Part shown: piece after piece, positions 50,301 to 61,012 of the stretch
Position numbering within the stretch: position 1 is the stretch's first letter
How the letters are laid out: every line of letters begins with the position of its first letter
From: a virus
Direction: 5' to 3' (one strand)
DNA: 64,000 nucleotides
IMG/VR virus record: IMGVR_UViG_3300009149_000001
Span: 10,199 to 74,198 of that record
Translations under genes and position numbers: made by a program
Notes under the pieces: model-generated
The model's database searches: none
The model's input: the letters and a program-made list of their open reading frames with translations, nothing else
What the model was told of the DNA's origin: nothing

Positions 50301-50537
50301 ATCGCTCCTAGATGTAGAGGTATATGTCACCGTACACAGGTGGGATTTAAAATGTATTCACATGCCAAGTTTTGTTCTAAATGTAAATGGTGGAGACCAA
50401 GGGAGAACACCTTCTGTGAGTGTTGCACTCAAATATTAAGAAGCAGACCGCGATCATATAATAATGGAACGAATATAACTTATGAAATCAAAAGAATCGA
50501 AAACAGCGAAAAAGGATTTGTCACTCCCCACAGGTGA
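50301..50537 (+). CDS. Thaumarchaeal-type Cys-rich small protein (CxGIC...CxxC...CxCC...LRxxP); ATC start proposed
   Basis: The CRGIC motif lies upstream of the first canonical start (GTG 50340); in-frame stop at 50265. Confidence 0.6.
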   Translation: MAPRCRGICHRTQVGFKMYSHAKFCSKCKWWRPRENTFCECCTQILRSRPRSYNNGTNITYEIKRIENSEKGFVTPHR

Positions 50538-51120
50538 GGCTCAAATTGAGACTTGTCACTTGGGTATACCTATTACAGAGTATGAGAGGGATAGCATAGA
50601 TGAATCATCCTATATCCATGAACACCTTACAACCTTAAACTTTATAGTAAAAGAGTTTAATTGTAAAAATATCCTAGAGATAGGTACAGGTCCTGGTGAA
50701 AGCTTAATGGCTATGTCAGAAAATAATCCACATGCACATATAACATCAGTTGATATTGAATATGCCCATAAAGCTTATGATAAATTGATGTTTAGGATGC
50801 ATAATATGTATAATGACTATCCTCTTAACAATGTGACCTTTATTAAAGGTGACTCGGCTAAATTAGATATGTTAGCTTGGTGGGATTTAGTATTGATAGA
50901 CGGTGGACATACATATGCTCAAGTTAAAAAAGATATAACACAAGTGCAATCATGGGTTAAAGATGGAGGATTTATGATATTTCACGATGTAACTAATCCA
51001 GCTTGGCCTGGTGTACGTAAAGCAGTTGAAGAGTATTTAGAGAAAGACCATACTTGGACTAGATACCAATGGTTTAACTGTAATGGTCTTCTAGTATTAA
51101 GGAGAGAATTAGTTGACTGA
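50482..51120 (+). CDS. Class I SAM methyltransferase (Methyltransf_24-like)
   Basis: ILEIGTG.G.S, SVDI, GDS, IDGGH.Y, GG...FHD. Confidence 0.85.
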   Translation: MKSKESKTAKKDLSLPTGEAQIETCHLGIPITEYERDSIDESSYIHEHLTTLNFIVKEFNCKNILEIGTGPGESLMAMSENNPHAHITSVDIEYAHKAYDKLMFRMHNMYNDYPLNNVTFIKGDSAKLDMLAWWDLVLIDGGHTYAQVKKDITQVQSWVKDGGFMIFHDVTNPAWPGVRKAVEEYLEKDHTWTRYQWFNCNGLLVLRRELVD

Positions 51121-51775
51121 TTGTATACACCAACCAATTGTTGATAGTGAATCAGATGCTAGAGTCTTTTGCAAATATTGTGGTGCGGAGTGGTTTCACA
51201 GATGAATGTTAATATGATAATGCAAGGACTAGCTCAGATGCAAGATGACATCTATGCCTTTTGGTTAGATGACGCTAACTCCCAACAAGATAAAGACCAA
51301 GCTATACGTGACTTTGGTAAGTGCTTGGATACTATTTTAGATTTAACCTCGCCCGCTACGATTGCAAAGGAAGTTGTTATACAGACCTTGTTAGATAAAC
51401 AGAACAAAGGTAAGTTGGCTGCCCTGAAGGAGGAGTTAGGATGAGTACTAATTGTTCTAAATGCCATGAGTCTATTTATTTTTCAGCACCTTATTACAGG
51501 ATAGTGACCGAGTATGAAGGTACTTTTAAAACCTCGACCACGAATGAATACCAACATAAGAAATGTTATGAGGACAAGACATGAGGGGACTTTGCCAATT
51601 TTGTTTTTCATCTAATGAAGAGGTCACCATACATAAGGGAATGCCATCATGCCTAAAATGTGGTAAGGATAAAATTTAATATGCCTTTATCTAGATATTT
51701 TAGATGTGAGAGATGCCAGATTAACTTTGGTAGTATGGAGCAGTTAGGTCAACATAAAAACCAGGAGCACTCAGA

Positions 51776-52465
51776 TTGGTAGATGTATTTATAGCAGCCG
51801 AGATTGGTTGTAATTGGCATGGCGATTATGAATTATTAAAACGAATGTGTCGTAAAGCACAGGAGGCTGGATGCAATGCAGTTAAGTTTCAAGCACTATC
51901 ACAGCCACTAATTGATCGTCATCCTGAATGGAATTGGTATGAATCAGCAAGTGTTAACGAAATGAACATAGACTTTATCTCTTTATTAGTTACTTCAATG
52001 GGTTTGGAAATGTTTGTTACGCCTTGTTATCCTGAAGCTGTGGAGTTTATTGATCCTTATGTTACTATGTATAAAATTAGATATGCTGATAGAAATAACA
52101 AAGAGATATTAGAAGCTTGTCTTGCTACCGGTAAAGAGGTCATACTTTCAACTGATAGGATGATTGATGATTACGAGTCTAAATACAAACATGGTCAATT
52201 AAAACAGATATATTGTATTCCAAAGTACCCAACTGAGTACGGCGAATTGAACTTCGATATGATAAAGTTATTAAGGGGGTACTCTAATCATTGTTTGAAC
52301 CCTATTGCAATACTTAACGCTGTCAGACATGGTGCAGAATATGTCGAATTTCATATCACTGATGACAGAAATGAATTTGCTATTGATAACAAAGTATCAC
52401 TCAGCTATGCAGAAATGGATGAAGTCGTTAAATGGATAAGGAGCTATGAAAGAAATCCATTTTAG
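51776..52465 (+). CDS. neuB: Nonulosonate (N-acetylneuraminate-family) synthase, no SAF domain
   Basis: IAAEIG.N..GD, G..AVKFQ, YKI, C...YP, GYS.H, GA..VE.H.T...D...SL. Confidence 0.88.
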   Translation: MVDVFIAAEIGCNWHGDYELLKRMCRKAQEAGCNAVKFQALSQPLIDRHPEWNWYESASVNEMNIDFISLLVTSMGLEMFVTPCYPEAVEFIDPYVTMYKIRYADRNNKEILEACLATGKEVILSTDRMIDDYESKYKHGQLKQIYCIPKYPTEYGELNFDMIKLLRGYSNHCLNPIAILNAVRHGAEYVEFHITDDRNEFAIDNKVSLSYAEMDEVVKWIRSYERNPF

Positions 52466-52567
52466 TATTGAAGTAGATGAACTAACTGATAGACAGAGAG
52501 AGCGTTTACATATTCTTATTCGAACTGAATTACAACGAAATACTGAACATCTGGTGATTAAAGGATT

Positions 52568-53185
52568 ATGGCCAATCCCGGAATAATTATACAAGCTCGC
52601 TTGACGAGTGACAGATTTCCAAATAAGATGCTCTGTCCTTTGTACGGTAAACCTGTTATACAATGGACTGTTGAAGCATGCCTGAAATCTGGTTTGCCTT
52701 TTGTAGTTGCAATTCCAGATAAGAGAACTGACTGGGGTCTAGCTGAATGGTTTAAGTTATATGATCCTACAATTGAAGTGTTTTCAGGTCATCCAGATGA
52801 TTTAATTTCTAGATTTAAGCATGTAAATAATGTAATGGATTTTGATCCTATTATTAGAGTTTGCGGTGACTCACCAATGATGAAGGTGTCTGATATACAT
52901 GATGCTATGTATCAATTTAATAAATATGGTACATATCAGAGAGTAAACTTGGTAGAAATCTTTTCACAAAAAGAATTAGATTATGCTGCCAACAATGATC
53001 CGTTTATGGCTCGTCGTGAGGATTGTGTTAATATATTAAATCAGACAGTTGATTATCCAGAGGATATAGATAGAATAGAGGGTGAATGGTTATTGGATAA
53101 CTCCCAAGATAATAATATGGAATTAAACAAAAATAGAATTAATAATGATTTATCAGATTATCAATCAGGAGAAACAGGACTTTAA
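52568..53185 (+). CDS. CMP-nonulosonate synthetase (SpsF/NeuA-like cytidylyltransferase)
   Basis: IIQARL.S.RFPNKML, IRVCGD.P, TVDYPED. Confidence 0.85.
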   Translation: MANPGIIIQARLTSDRFPNKMLCPLYGKPVIQWTVEACLKSGLPFVVAIPDKRTDWGLAEWFKLYDPTIEVFSGHPDDLISRFKHVNNVMDFDPIIRVCGDSPMMKVSDIHDAMYQFNKYGTYQRVNLVEIFSQKELDYAANNDPFMARREDCVNILNQTVDYPEDIDRIEGEWLLDNSQDNNMELNKNRINNDLSDYQSGETGL

Positions 53186-53632
53186 ATGAACGGATTAAAA
53201 ATAACTGATGAGTCTTTAAAAAAACATCAAGAAGAAAGACAAACAGCAGCAGCTTTAGGATTTAAATTAATCAAACAATTTGTAACAGATTATCCGAACA
53301 CTGAATATCCATCAGTTGATGATAATTTAATTGAAACATTTTGTAGAGGTGCTAGATTATTGGGTATGTATCACATGGTATTACCAGAAGATGATACATT
53401 TTGTCCGACTTGTAAATACACGACAGGTAAATTAAAGAATTGTCTATCACTTCATACAATGGAAGGTTCGGGCAAAGATTCAACACTTTGTATATATTGT
53501 AGTTATGAAGGAACTATACAAGATTTGGGAATGAGTTTATCATTTGGTGATGAAGAAGATCATGATTGGAACATACAGAAAGAACATGACTATTATAATA
53601 AAGCCATATTAAAAGCAGAGGGTTGGAATTGA
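53186..53632 (+). CDS. Hypothetical zinc-binding protein
   Basis: CPTC and CIYC. Confidence 0.5.
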   Translation: MNGLKITDESLKKHQEERQTAAALGFKLIKQFVTDYPNTEYPSVDDNLIETFCRGARLLGMYHMVLPEDDTFCPTCKYTTGKLKNCLSLHTMEGSGKDSTLCIYCSYEGTIQDLGMSLSFGDEEDHDWNIQKEHDYYNKAILKAEGWN

Positions 53633-54306
53633 CTAATAGAGTATTAATAGTTGGTGCAGGGCCTTCCCTCAAATCTAATATAGCTGATTTTAAAAGGTTA
53701 GGAGATTTCGATGGGACTGTTATTGCTACTGATGCAGCTATTCAGCATTTACTCAGAGCGGATATCGTACCAACTGTCGGTGCTTGTCTCGAAGATCTTG
53801 CGGCGTTAACTAAATACTTTGTCCCAGATGTTGTAGTTGAGAGAGGACATGAGATAGAGAAATGTTGGATTAGTGATAGAGTTCACGGTCAAGTAAGAGC
53901 AACTATGAAGACCGCTAATATACCATTCGAGGTAGCAGCAAAGACTAGATTAATTGGTACCTCTAATGTAGGGTTGTTTAGTACAGCCATTGCACATTTA
54001 ATTTATGAAAGCGACGAAATACATTACATCGGTATGGATCACTGTTACCCTGCCGATTCACCTCCTCCTGTACCTAAATCAGATCCCCTTTATGAGCTCG
54101 GGTTTTATGAGATTGTCAATCCTATCACTAATGAAACGCTCGTCTTAAACCCAGCACATGAGTTGTGGAGAGAGGAGCTACATGAGAATTTAAAACTTTG
54201 GCCTGAGGTCAAAATAATTAATCATACTGGTTATGGAGCAATATTCGGGAAACAAATTACATGGCAACCACTGAAAGATCTACAAGAGTGGAAAGAGAGT
54301 TACTAG
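53623..54306 (+). CDS. DUF115/MAF_flag10 (Maf-like) putative nonulosonate transferase
   Basis: IVGAGPSL, IATD.A...L....I.P, SNVG, I..IGMD, IIN.T..GA. Confidence 0.75.
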   Translation: MELTNRVLIVGAGPSLKSNIADFKRLGDFDGTVIATDAAIQHLLRADIVPTVGACLEDLAALTKYFVPDVVVERGHEIEKCWISDRVHGQVRATMKTANIPFEVAAKTRLIGTSNVGLFSTAIAHLIYESDEIHYIGMDHCYPADSPPPVPKSDPLYELGFYEIVNPITNETLVLNPAHELWREELHENLKLWPEVKIINHTGYGAIFGKQITWQPLKDLQEWKESY

Positions 54307-55274
54307 TAGTAAAACTCTTTGCAATTCAAGATGCGACAATTCAGATGATGTACGCCCATAGAAGTTATATGAATAGGTGCTTTATGATATTACGTGACTT
54401 TAAACAAACCGGTGAAAGCTCGACCCACCTTGGGCTTACATCCGACGAATCAGGAAATCGCTGATAAAATTGAAACTTATTACTATGAAGAACTTAAACA
54501 CTTTGATACTGTCATGTCAGTTGGCGAAGATTATTACACCTACTACCCAAAGATTAAACGAATTTTCTGTAAGCGGGTGTGGATGTTGCTTCTCGAGTAC
54601 GACAAATTAGGTAATGATAAATGGCTGAGCGCGGGAAACTAACAGATGAATTATCTAAGCAGTTGTGTGAGCAGATTAAGCGTGATGATTATTATCGTGT
54701 TCTTAAGCACAAGCATCAAGACCCTGAAGACTATAATGAGATAAAATGGAACGGATTAAGAAGAAAATGGGCAATGTTACTCCGACATGGTCTACTCTAA
54801 ATTTACTAATTACGCTATACAAAGAATATGAAAGGAATTGTGATAGACAACCACAGAAACTTGACAAGTGGACAAAATGGTTTTTAAACGAGTCCTTTGT
54901 AATAATGTTAAATCATGACAAAGACTTACCCGGATCAAAGATACTCGAACGAACACTTGGTTAAAAAATTAGAAGCTTTAAATTTAAAGTTTAAGTTACG
55001 TATGGATAAAGCACACTCTAGAGATAAATGGACAATAAGACGAGAATGGATAATTACACAGATTATATGGTTAAGGGAAGGAGGGGTAATAAGAAATGAC
55101 ATCATGCGAGATTTTGGAATTTTATAAGGACTCACTCCGTGCAATTGACTATATCTATGCATTCATCTACATACTAGATGATCCAAAGAGACACAGTATA
55201 AATAGAAAAAACCACCTCTCTGCAAAGGGGATTATATTGGAAAAGTATTTATACAAGAAAAAGAATATAATATT

Positions 55275-55547
55275 ATGAAATCACAAGAAGAAGGAGATTA
55301 TATTACAGCAGCAAGTCAAAGTGACTTTCCTGCACAATCTCCAACATCCAAAGTTAAAGTATTGGGTTTCTTAAATGATCTCGCAGTTAAAGATCCAAAT
55401 CTATGGTCAAGTATAAAGACTATTGCTGAGGAATCTAAAGTCTCACCAGTTTATACTAGAAATGTATTAGATGTTCTAGTTGAGAAATCTGAGATTGAGC
55501 GAGCATTTATTGGTAGAAAACAATACTTTAGAATGTTGAAAGAATAG
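55275..55547 (+). CDS. Winged-helix protein
   Basis: IAEE..VS..Y.R..L..L.....I.R...G....FR. Confidence 0.7.
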   Translation: MKSQEEGDYITAASQSDFPAQSPTSKVKVLGFLNDLAVKDPNLWSSIKTIAEESKVSPVYTRNVLDVLVEKSEIERAFIGRKQYFRMLKE

Positions 55548-55700
55548 GATACTACAGGGTCGGTTCTAGAGTTTTGGGAGAATCTCTAGGACAAGTTTGT
55601 CATAGTTTAAATGGTTCACATGACGCCATGATTAGACATCTCACGAAGTCTACGATATCAAAAAGTTGTGTTTTCTTTCACAGTGACCCGTATCCTATTC
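55542..55700 (+). ncRNA. Candidate multibranch structured RNA
   Basis: 11-bp perfect closing stem GAATAGGATAC/GTATCCTATTC plus GGGTC/GACCC, enclosing four hairpins. Confidence 0.6.
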
Positions 55701-57736
55701 AATTTTTATTACAATGAACGATTCACCCCTGCATACTCAAAGAGATTTAGAGTTTATCAAACGAAGACAGTATAAAGATGAGCTAAAGAGGATAAGTAAT
55801 TTATTACCAAGATGTACTTATCCAGATTGCAACAATAAGACAGATTGTTTACACACAAGATGCTTAAAGCATCCAAGATATAAAGACTTTGAAACATATA
55901 AGCATGAACGAAAATAATTACTACTATTGTGTAGTACATAAACGAGCACTTCTAGAGGAAGACATCGATTCACATCGAGATTCGACTTGTGAATTTATTT
56001 TAGAAGAATTCCAATGGAAGCATCGCTCCAAGAAGAAGATTGAACCATTGCCACGCAATGTAATCAATGCATATGGTATGAAGATTTATAGACCTGAATC
56101 TAAACCCCCTACAATAGCGGTTAATACTATGCCTAAAAATGCAAAGATATTTGAACCAGAAAGGAGACAATTAGGATGAAACAAATACGAATGTTTAAGG
56201 AGTTTAATAAATGGTGAACGCCACTAGCATTGTTGTTGATCCTGTCATAACAGTCTGCAGTACAATGTGGGATGTTTTAAACTGGGGTGTGAGTGGATTG
56301 AAGAATCCCGAAGCATTATCGCCGGATCAATTCTTAATAGTAATTAGGAAAATGGTTGAAGCATTGATGATTTACTATGTGAAGTGTGGTCCAATATGAC
56401 CATGCACTTGGAACTATCATGTATTAATTGTAGTACATTATTAGTTGAACTTGAACATTTTCCTTTAAAGTTAGATGAGGAGTTGGTCTGTAAAAAGTGT
56501 TACAATGATCTACTAAAACAATTGGGGATGGATCCGCTTTGAGAAACTATAAAAAACTGTTAGCCGATTTGAAAGAATGGCATGACTGGTGCATGGATAA
56601 TCCAAATGAAAAAAGAGGACATATTGCCTATTATATAGAACAAATATTAAACGAGGCAAACACCGCATGAGATGGATGAGGGCTAGACGCTCTAACATCT
56701 GTACTGGTTGCGGTGGAGATATTAAAGAAGGGGATGATTATTATGGTAACAGTTCTTCAGCATTTTGCAAAGAGTGTGGAGTCAAGAAACAGAAGAGAGA
56801 CTTGGTATATTCCAGTGAATCTAAATCTTATACTAATATAGAAAATCAAGTTATGTGTTTTAAATGTAAAAATCTATCCATTGGTCACTTGATGGGAAAG
56901 GCTGTGTGTCAGGAACATATAGGAGATGCAGTCCTTGATTAATGCTTTAGAGGATGATAGTTTGCAAGCTTATTATGCATTAATTGTAGAGTTGAGAACA
57001 ACTGTATTAGAGGGTATACAGCTCCATGGTTATAATGTAAATGATTTAGTTACTAAAAGAATAGAACATGAGATTGAACAAGAATATGGTAGGAGGCTTT
57101 TAAATGAACAAACCTAATAAAGAAGAAGTAGCAAAGTACAAAATAAAGAAAAGTGCTTGGACAGAAGAGGACTCAAGAGATGTTGAATCCTTGCTGAATC
57201 AGTTAGTTCATGTATCAAGGATCAGATCAAATATCGATCCAAATAAGAGATGTATCTCGATATCAAAGCACGGAAAGTCAGTTGCCTTTGACATAGAAAT
57301 GGGCCTAGTAATCAAAGAGATTATTGGTGAGCTTTGTAAGGACTATGCGAGATTATAATGGAAAGAGCTTGCATTGAGTGCAAACAAGTTCCAAAAGAGA
57401 ACGGATATTATGATATCGATATTGGTCGTGTCTGTCACGGTTGTTTCGTTTCTAATAATGAGTCAGTTGTAAGTAAACCAAAATTTACAAAGAAGGTTTG
57501 TTTAGTACATAAATGTTCTACTTACAATCCTAATCAAATGGGAGCACATGAAATGCCATGGTGTGATATAGTTTCAATTGAAACTAATGGTGTGCAAAAA
57601 CCAAAGACCAATTATGATGAAGCCTTAGGTGGTTTGAATGGTAATATTGGAAGACATTATTATAAAGATTGGACTGAGTTCTGTCAACAGAAAGATAAAA
57701 TGATTCACGCCCAGAAGAATTGGGATAAGTATAGAA

Positions 57737-58042
57737 ATGAATTTGGAAGAAGAAAAGGGAGAAGACCTGTTGCCTATTACTGAGAGAGAATATAATGAAT
57801 TGCCGGAGAAGGCTCTTAAAACCAATAGGGAGTTGCTAGAGTTTATGGATAACCACACAGCTTATACAACAACTGATTTGCAAAAGTGGTTAGATATTCA
57901 ACACCCAGCAGCATTATCCAAGCTGAAGAAACTTAAACTTGGAGGATATTTAGATTTAAAAATAAGTGGAAAGTCACATTATTGGAAGAAGATAAAGGAT
58001 TGGCCTGATGATGAATTGAAATCAGCCAGTTGGGGTCACTGA
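57737..58042 (+). CDS. Winged-helix protein
   Basis: AYTT..L...L.I......L..L...G.L.....G...YW. Confidence 0.7.
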   Translation: MNLEEEKGEDLLPITEREYNELPEKALKTNRELLEFMDNHTAYTTTDLQKWLDIQHPAALSKLKKLKLGGYLDLKISGKSHYWKKIKDWPDDELKSASWGH

Positions 58043-58337
58043 TGGTAGTTTCAGATAGAGATAAACTTTACAAAGCAACCATTGCTCAATTAAAGAGAGA
58101 TAGCACAAACTTGAGAGAAAAGATGAAGTTGTTTGAAAAGAGATTAGACTTTACCCAAGATGAGAATACTAAACTAGCTGTAGAAATGCAAGCTGTTGTT
58201 CAAGGTGTATCTCATATTGTAAATATTGGACTTAAGTTGGCAGAGAGAGAGAGGGTGAACTCCGAGATGGGTTTAGATAAGAAAGAAGAGGCCACTCCAG
58301 TTAAGCCTATTGCCAATGATACAGGAGGTATAGGATA

Positions 58338-58643
58338 ATGAAGATACCAATTGAAACTTATAGACTACTAAGAAAAATGGGAATCATGCGTGCATGGTCT
58401 ACATTGGAGATAGTAGATATAACTAAAAAACAAAGATGTGCAGTCTTAAAGAGATTACACAGACTTGAAAATGCTAAGATTGTTGAAAAACGAATGGGCA
58501 AAGATCAAAAGTTCTATTGGAAGGTATGTAATATGCCAGACAAACCAAAGGCACCGAAGATCTGGAAAGAGTCGAAGAGCTTGGTACAGATAGAAGAGGA
58601 TAGAATTGCCCAAGAATTAAAGGACTCGAAACAAGATGTATAA
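58338..58643 (+). CDS. Winged-helix protein
   Basis: ST.EI.......V..RL..LE....VEK......YW. Confidence 0.7.
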   Translation: MKIPIETYRLLRKMGIMRAWSTLEIVDITKKQRCAVLKRLHRLENAKIVEKRMGKDQKFYWKVCNMPDKPKAPKIWKESKSLVQIEEDRIAQELKDSKQDV

Positions 58644-58827
58644 TACATTGCCATCAGATCTAAGCTTGGAATTAGAGCATAACCGAGCATATCTTACCAG
58701 TGAAGTAGCCGACAAGCTAGCCATTAAAGATTCACAAGCTCGAACAATCTTAGCCAAGGAACTTAGCAATGATAAAGTCCTCAAACACAAGTTTAGAGGC
58801 AGAACCTATTGGGCGTTAAAACCTTAG
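58636..58827 (+). CDS. Winged-helix protein
   Basis: AY.TSEVA.KL.I...ART.L........G..YW. Confidence 0.65.
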   Translation: MYNTLPSDLSLELEHNRAYLTSEVADKLAIKDSQARTILAKELSNDKVLKHKFRGRTYWALKP

Positions 58828-59126
58828 GTTCTTTTCAGTAATGTTGTTTTGAAAAAAACATATTACAAAAGTGTTCGCGCACAATAAGAAAGGGTGTCAG
58901 GGGAAACTTTTGAACAGCAATGTTTTCAAGTGCCTCTCTTAACCCTTTCTTTTACAGGTTTGTCTCTAGCCTTTGAAAATAGAGTATTTCCCTTCGATTG
59001 GGTAGGTCGTGAATTACTTACCCAATCATTTACGATTATGAACATAAACGGAGAATCTTTTGCAGCAGGTATGGTACTTGGTATGGTATTTGCTATTGTG
59101 TCATTTGCATTGGGGTTTTATACCCC

Positions 59127-59231
59127 TTGAGAAATTGTACTAACTGTAAGGGTAGAGGGTATATATTAAGACCTTTTATTACTTCAGACAAGATAGTTTG
59201 TCAATGTGGTGGTAGTGGAGTTATGGACTAA
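59127..59231 (+). CDS. 34-aa zinc-finger microprotein (paralog of 2374..2478)
   Basis: MRNCTNCKGRGYILRPFITSDKIVCQCGGSGVMD; TTGA and TAATG couplings. Confidence 0.8.
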   Translation: MRNCTNCKGRGYILRPFITSDKIVCQCGGSGVMD

Positions 59232-59901
59232 TGGGTAAATATGATTATGATAATGCTCTTGATTACACTAAAGTACAACTATTAGAAGATATAGCCAATG
59301 AACTAGCAGAGGCTAACAGATTAAAGAGATTACAATTAAAACATACATTTGGGGGTATAGGATTAGATGAGTTAGAGGATAAGGCATGAAAACCCTAGGT
59401 GCTATGTTTGATGATGCCGCAAAGGTACATTGTGGTGAGGAAGGCTGTTATGTTGGTACTTGTCCAGTTAATTGTTTGGCATCCTTAGTTTCCAAACACT
59501 TGAAGGAAAATGATTTATTTATGCTATATGGTGATTATATGTTAGCAAAGAGGTTAGGTAAATAATAATGAAAGATATAAAAGATATGACATCAACTGAA
59601 ATAGTTGCAGGGGTTAGGGACGGTTCTATTACCTCAGAACATTTTGAAACCAACGAAAAATATATGGAATGGGCTAATAAAGATGATCGTGTGATACCAC
59701 GTATTAGTGATGAGTTAATAGCCCAAGTAAATAGGATATTTGCACATGGTCCGAGTAGAGCTAAGAATCATGATCAAAGATTTGGTCAATGGTTGGTGAA
59801 CAAAGTCCGAACTAAATACCAATGTGAAGATCAAGCTGCAACATCTAGGGTATTATTTAATTTAGAAAACCAAGAGATATTTGATATGATAAAGGATTAT
59901 A

Positions 59902-60713
59902 ATGACTGACCTAAACAGATTATTAACACTTCATTGGATGGAAGATGCTAGTACATGGAATGATGATTTACAGAAAGAATATCAATCCCTAAAAGCCAAG
60001 ATAGAGGGGAAGATAGAGAAAGGAGATAAGTTTGATGTATTGAATGAAGTCTTTGAAGATTACCCTAAAGGTTGGTTAGATATGAAAGATGATTTAGAAT
60101 CCCAAGTAAAAACACTTCATTCATTAAATCAAGACCTGAAATATAGCCAAGTTGATTTAATAAATAAAGTAGCCAAGTTAAAAGAGGTTAGTAAAGGTCA
60201 TGTATTTGATAGAGATTATTATATCAATTTACATAATGAAGCAACAAGAGAAATAGCCAAGTTAAAAGAGGAATTAGAATTATGGCAAGATGAAATCATA
60301 AACGAGAAAGCATACTCATACAAACTCAAATCTACATTAGATGAGATTAAGAAATGGAAGAAAGTAAGAGACAACGCAGGATATTATACACAGGCTGAAA
60401 TGTGGGAAGATTTAGAATCAATACTAGCCAAACGTGAGGATAATTATAACCCAGATATACAGAATCATTTACCATTAAATCATGAGGATAAGAAATGAAT
60501 AAAACTTTTGATGATTACAAAGCAGAAGTAGCCAAGTTAAAAGAGGAATTAGTTAGATTAAATACTGAATGTTTCAAACTAGATAGAGAAAACAAACAAT
60601 ACAAATCTACATTAGATGAGATTAAGGAATGTCGTTATTTATTTCAAGGCAGAGTAAGATATAATCCAATAGAGATTGAAAAAGCAATAGCCAAACATGA
60701 GGGGAAGGAATGA
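59902..60713 (+). repeat. Two adjacent coiled-coil genes built from shared nucleotide modules
   Basis: TAGCCAAGTTAAAAGAGG at ~60170, 60254, 60529; CAAATCTACATTAGATGAGATTAAG at 60327 and 60602. Confidence 0.75.
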
Positions 60714-60797
60714 CTGACGAGACACACTATTGCAAATTGTGCAAAAACTTTATTTCTTCTAATCAAAATAAATTACATAGAGGATTGTGTGTGAACT

Positions 60798-60980
60798 GTG
60801 CATAAGTTTCAAAAATGTGCAGCCTCAGTTAACCATAGGGGTGAACTTAAGATTCCATACCCTCACAGAAGGGCAATATGTAAAGCCGCTGGGATTGAGG
60901 ATTTGAAAGGATGTATCCTTGAAATAAATATTACAGTTATCCATTTAATAGATAACAGAAAGATTGATCTTTCTAAATAA
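60798..60980 (+). CDS. AbrB/SpoVT-like protein
   Basis: V..RG.L.IP...R......GI...G..LEI.I. Confidence 0.45.
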   Translation: MHKFQKCAASVNHRGELKIPYPHRRAICKAAGIEDLKGCILEINITVIHLIDNRKIDLSK

Positions 60981-61012
60981 AACCTACAGGTTAAGAAAAA
61001 CAATTCGGAGGA

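Noticed and set aside
53623-54306. MptE pterin kinase working with FolE
   Set aside because: Same domain family, but the neighbours are NeuB and a CMP-transferase and FolE is explained by QueC; not fully excluded.
35686-59035. tRNA genes, tmRNA, group I intron or hammerhead ribozyme in the non-coding gaps
   Set aside because: No T-arm GTTCRA consensus, no convincing P7 R/S pair and no complete CUGANGA/GAAA core seen by eye; Infernal or tRNAscan is needed to be sure.
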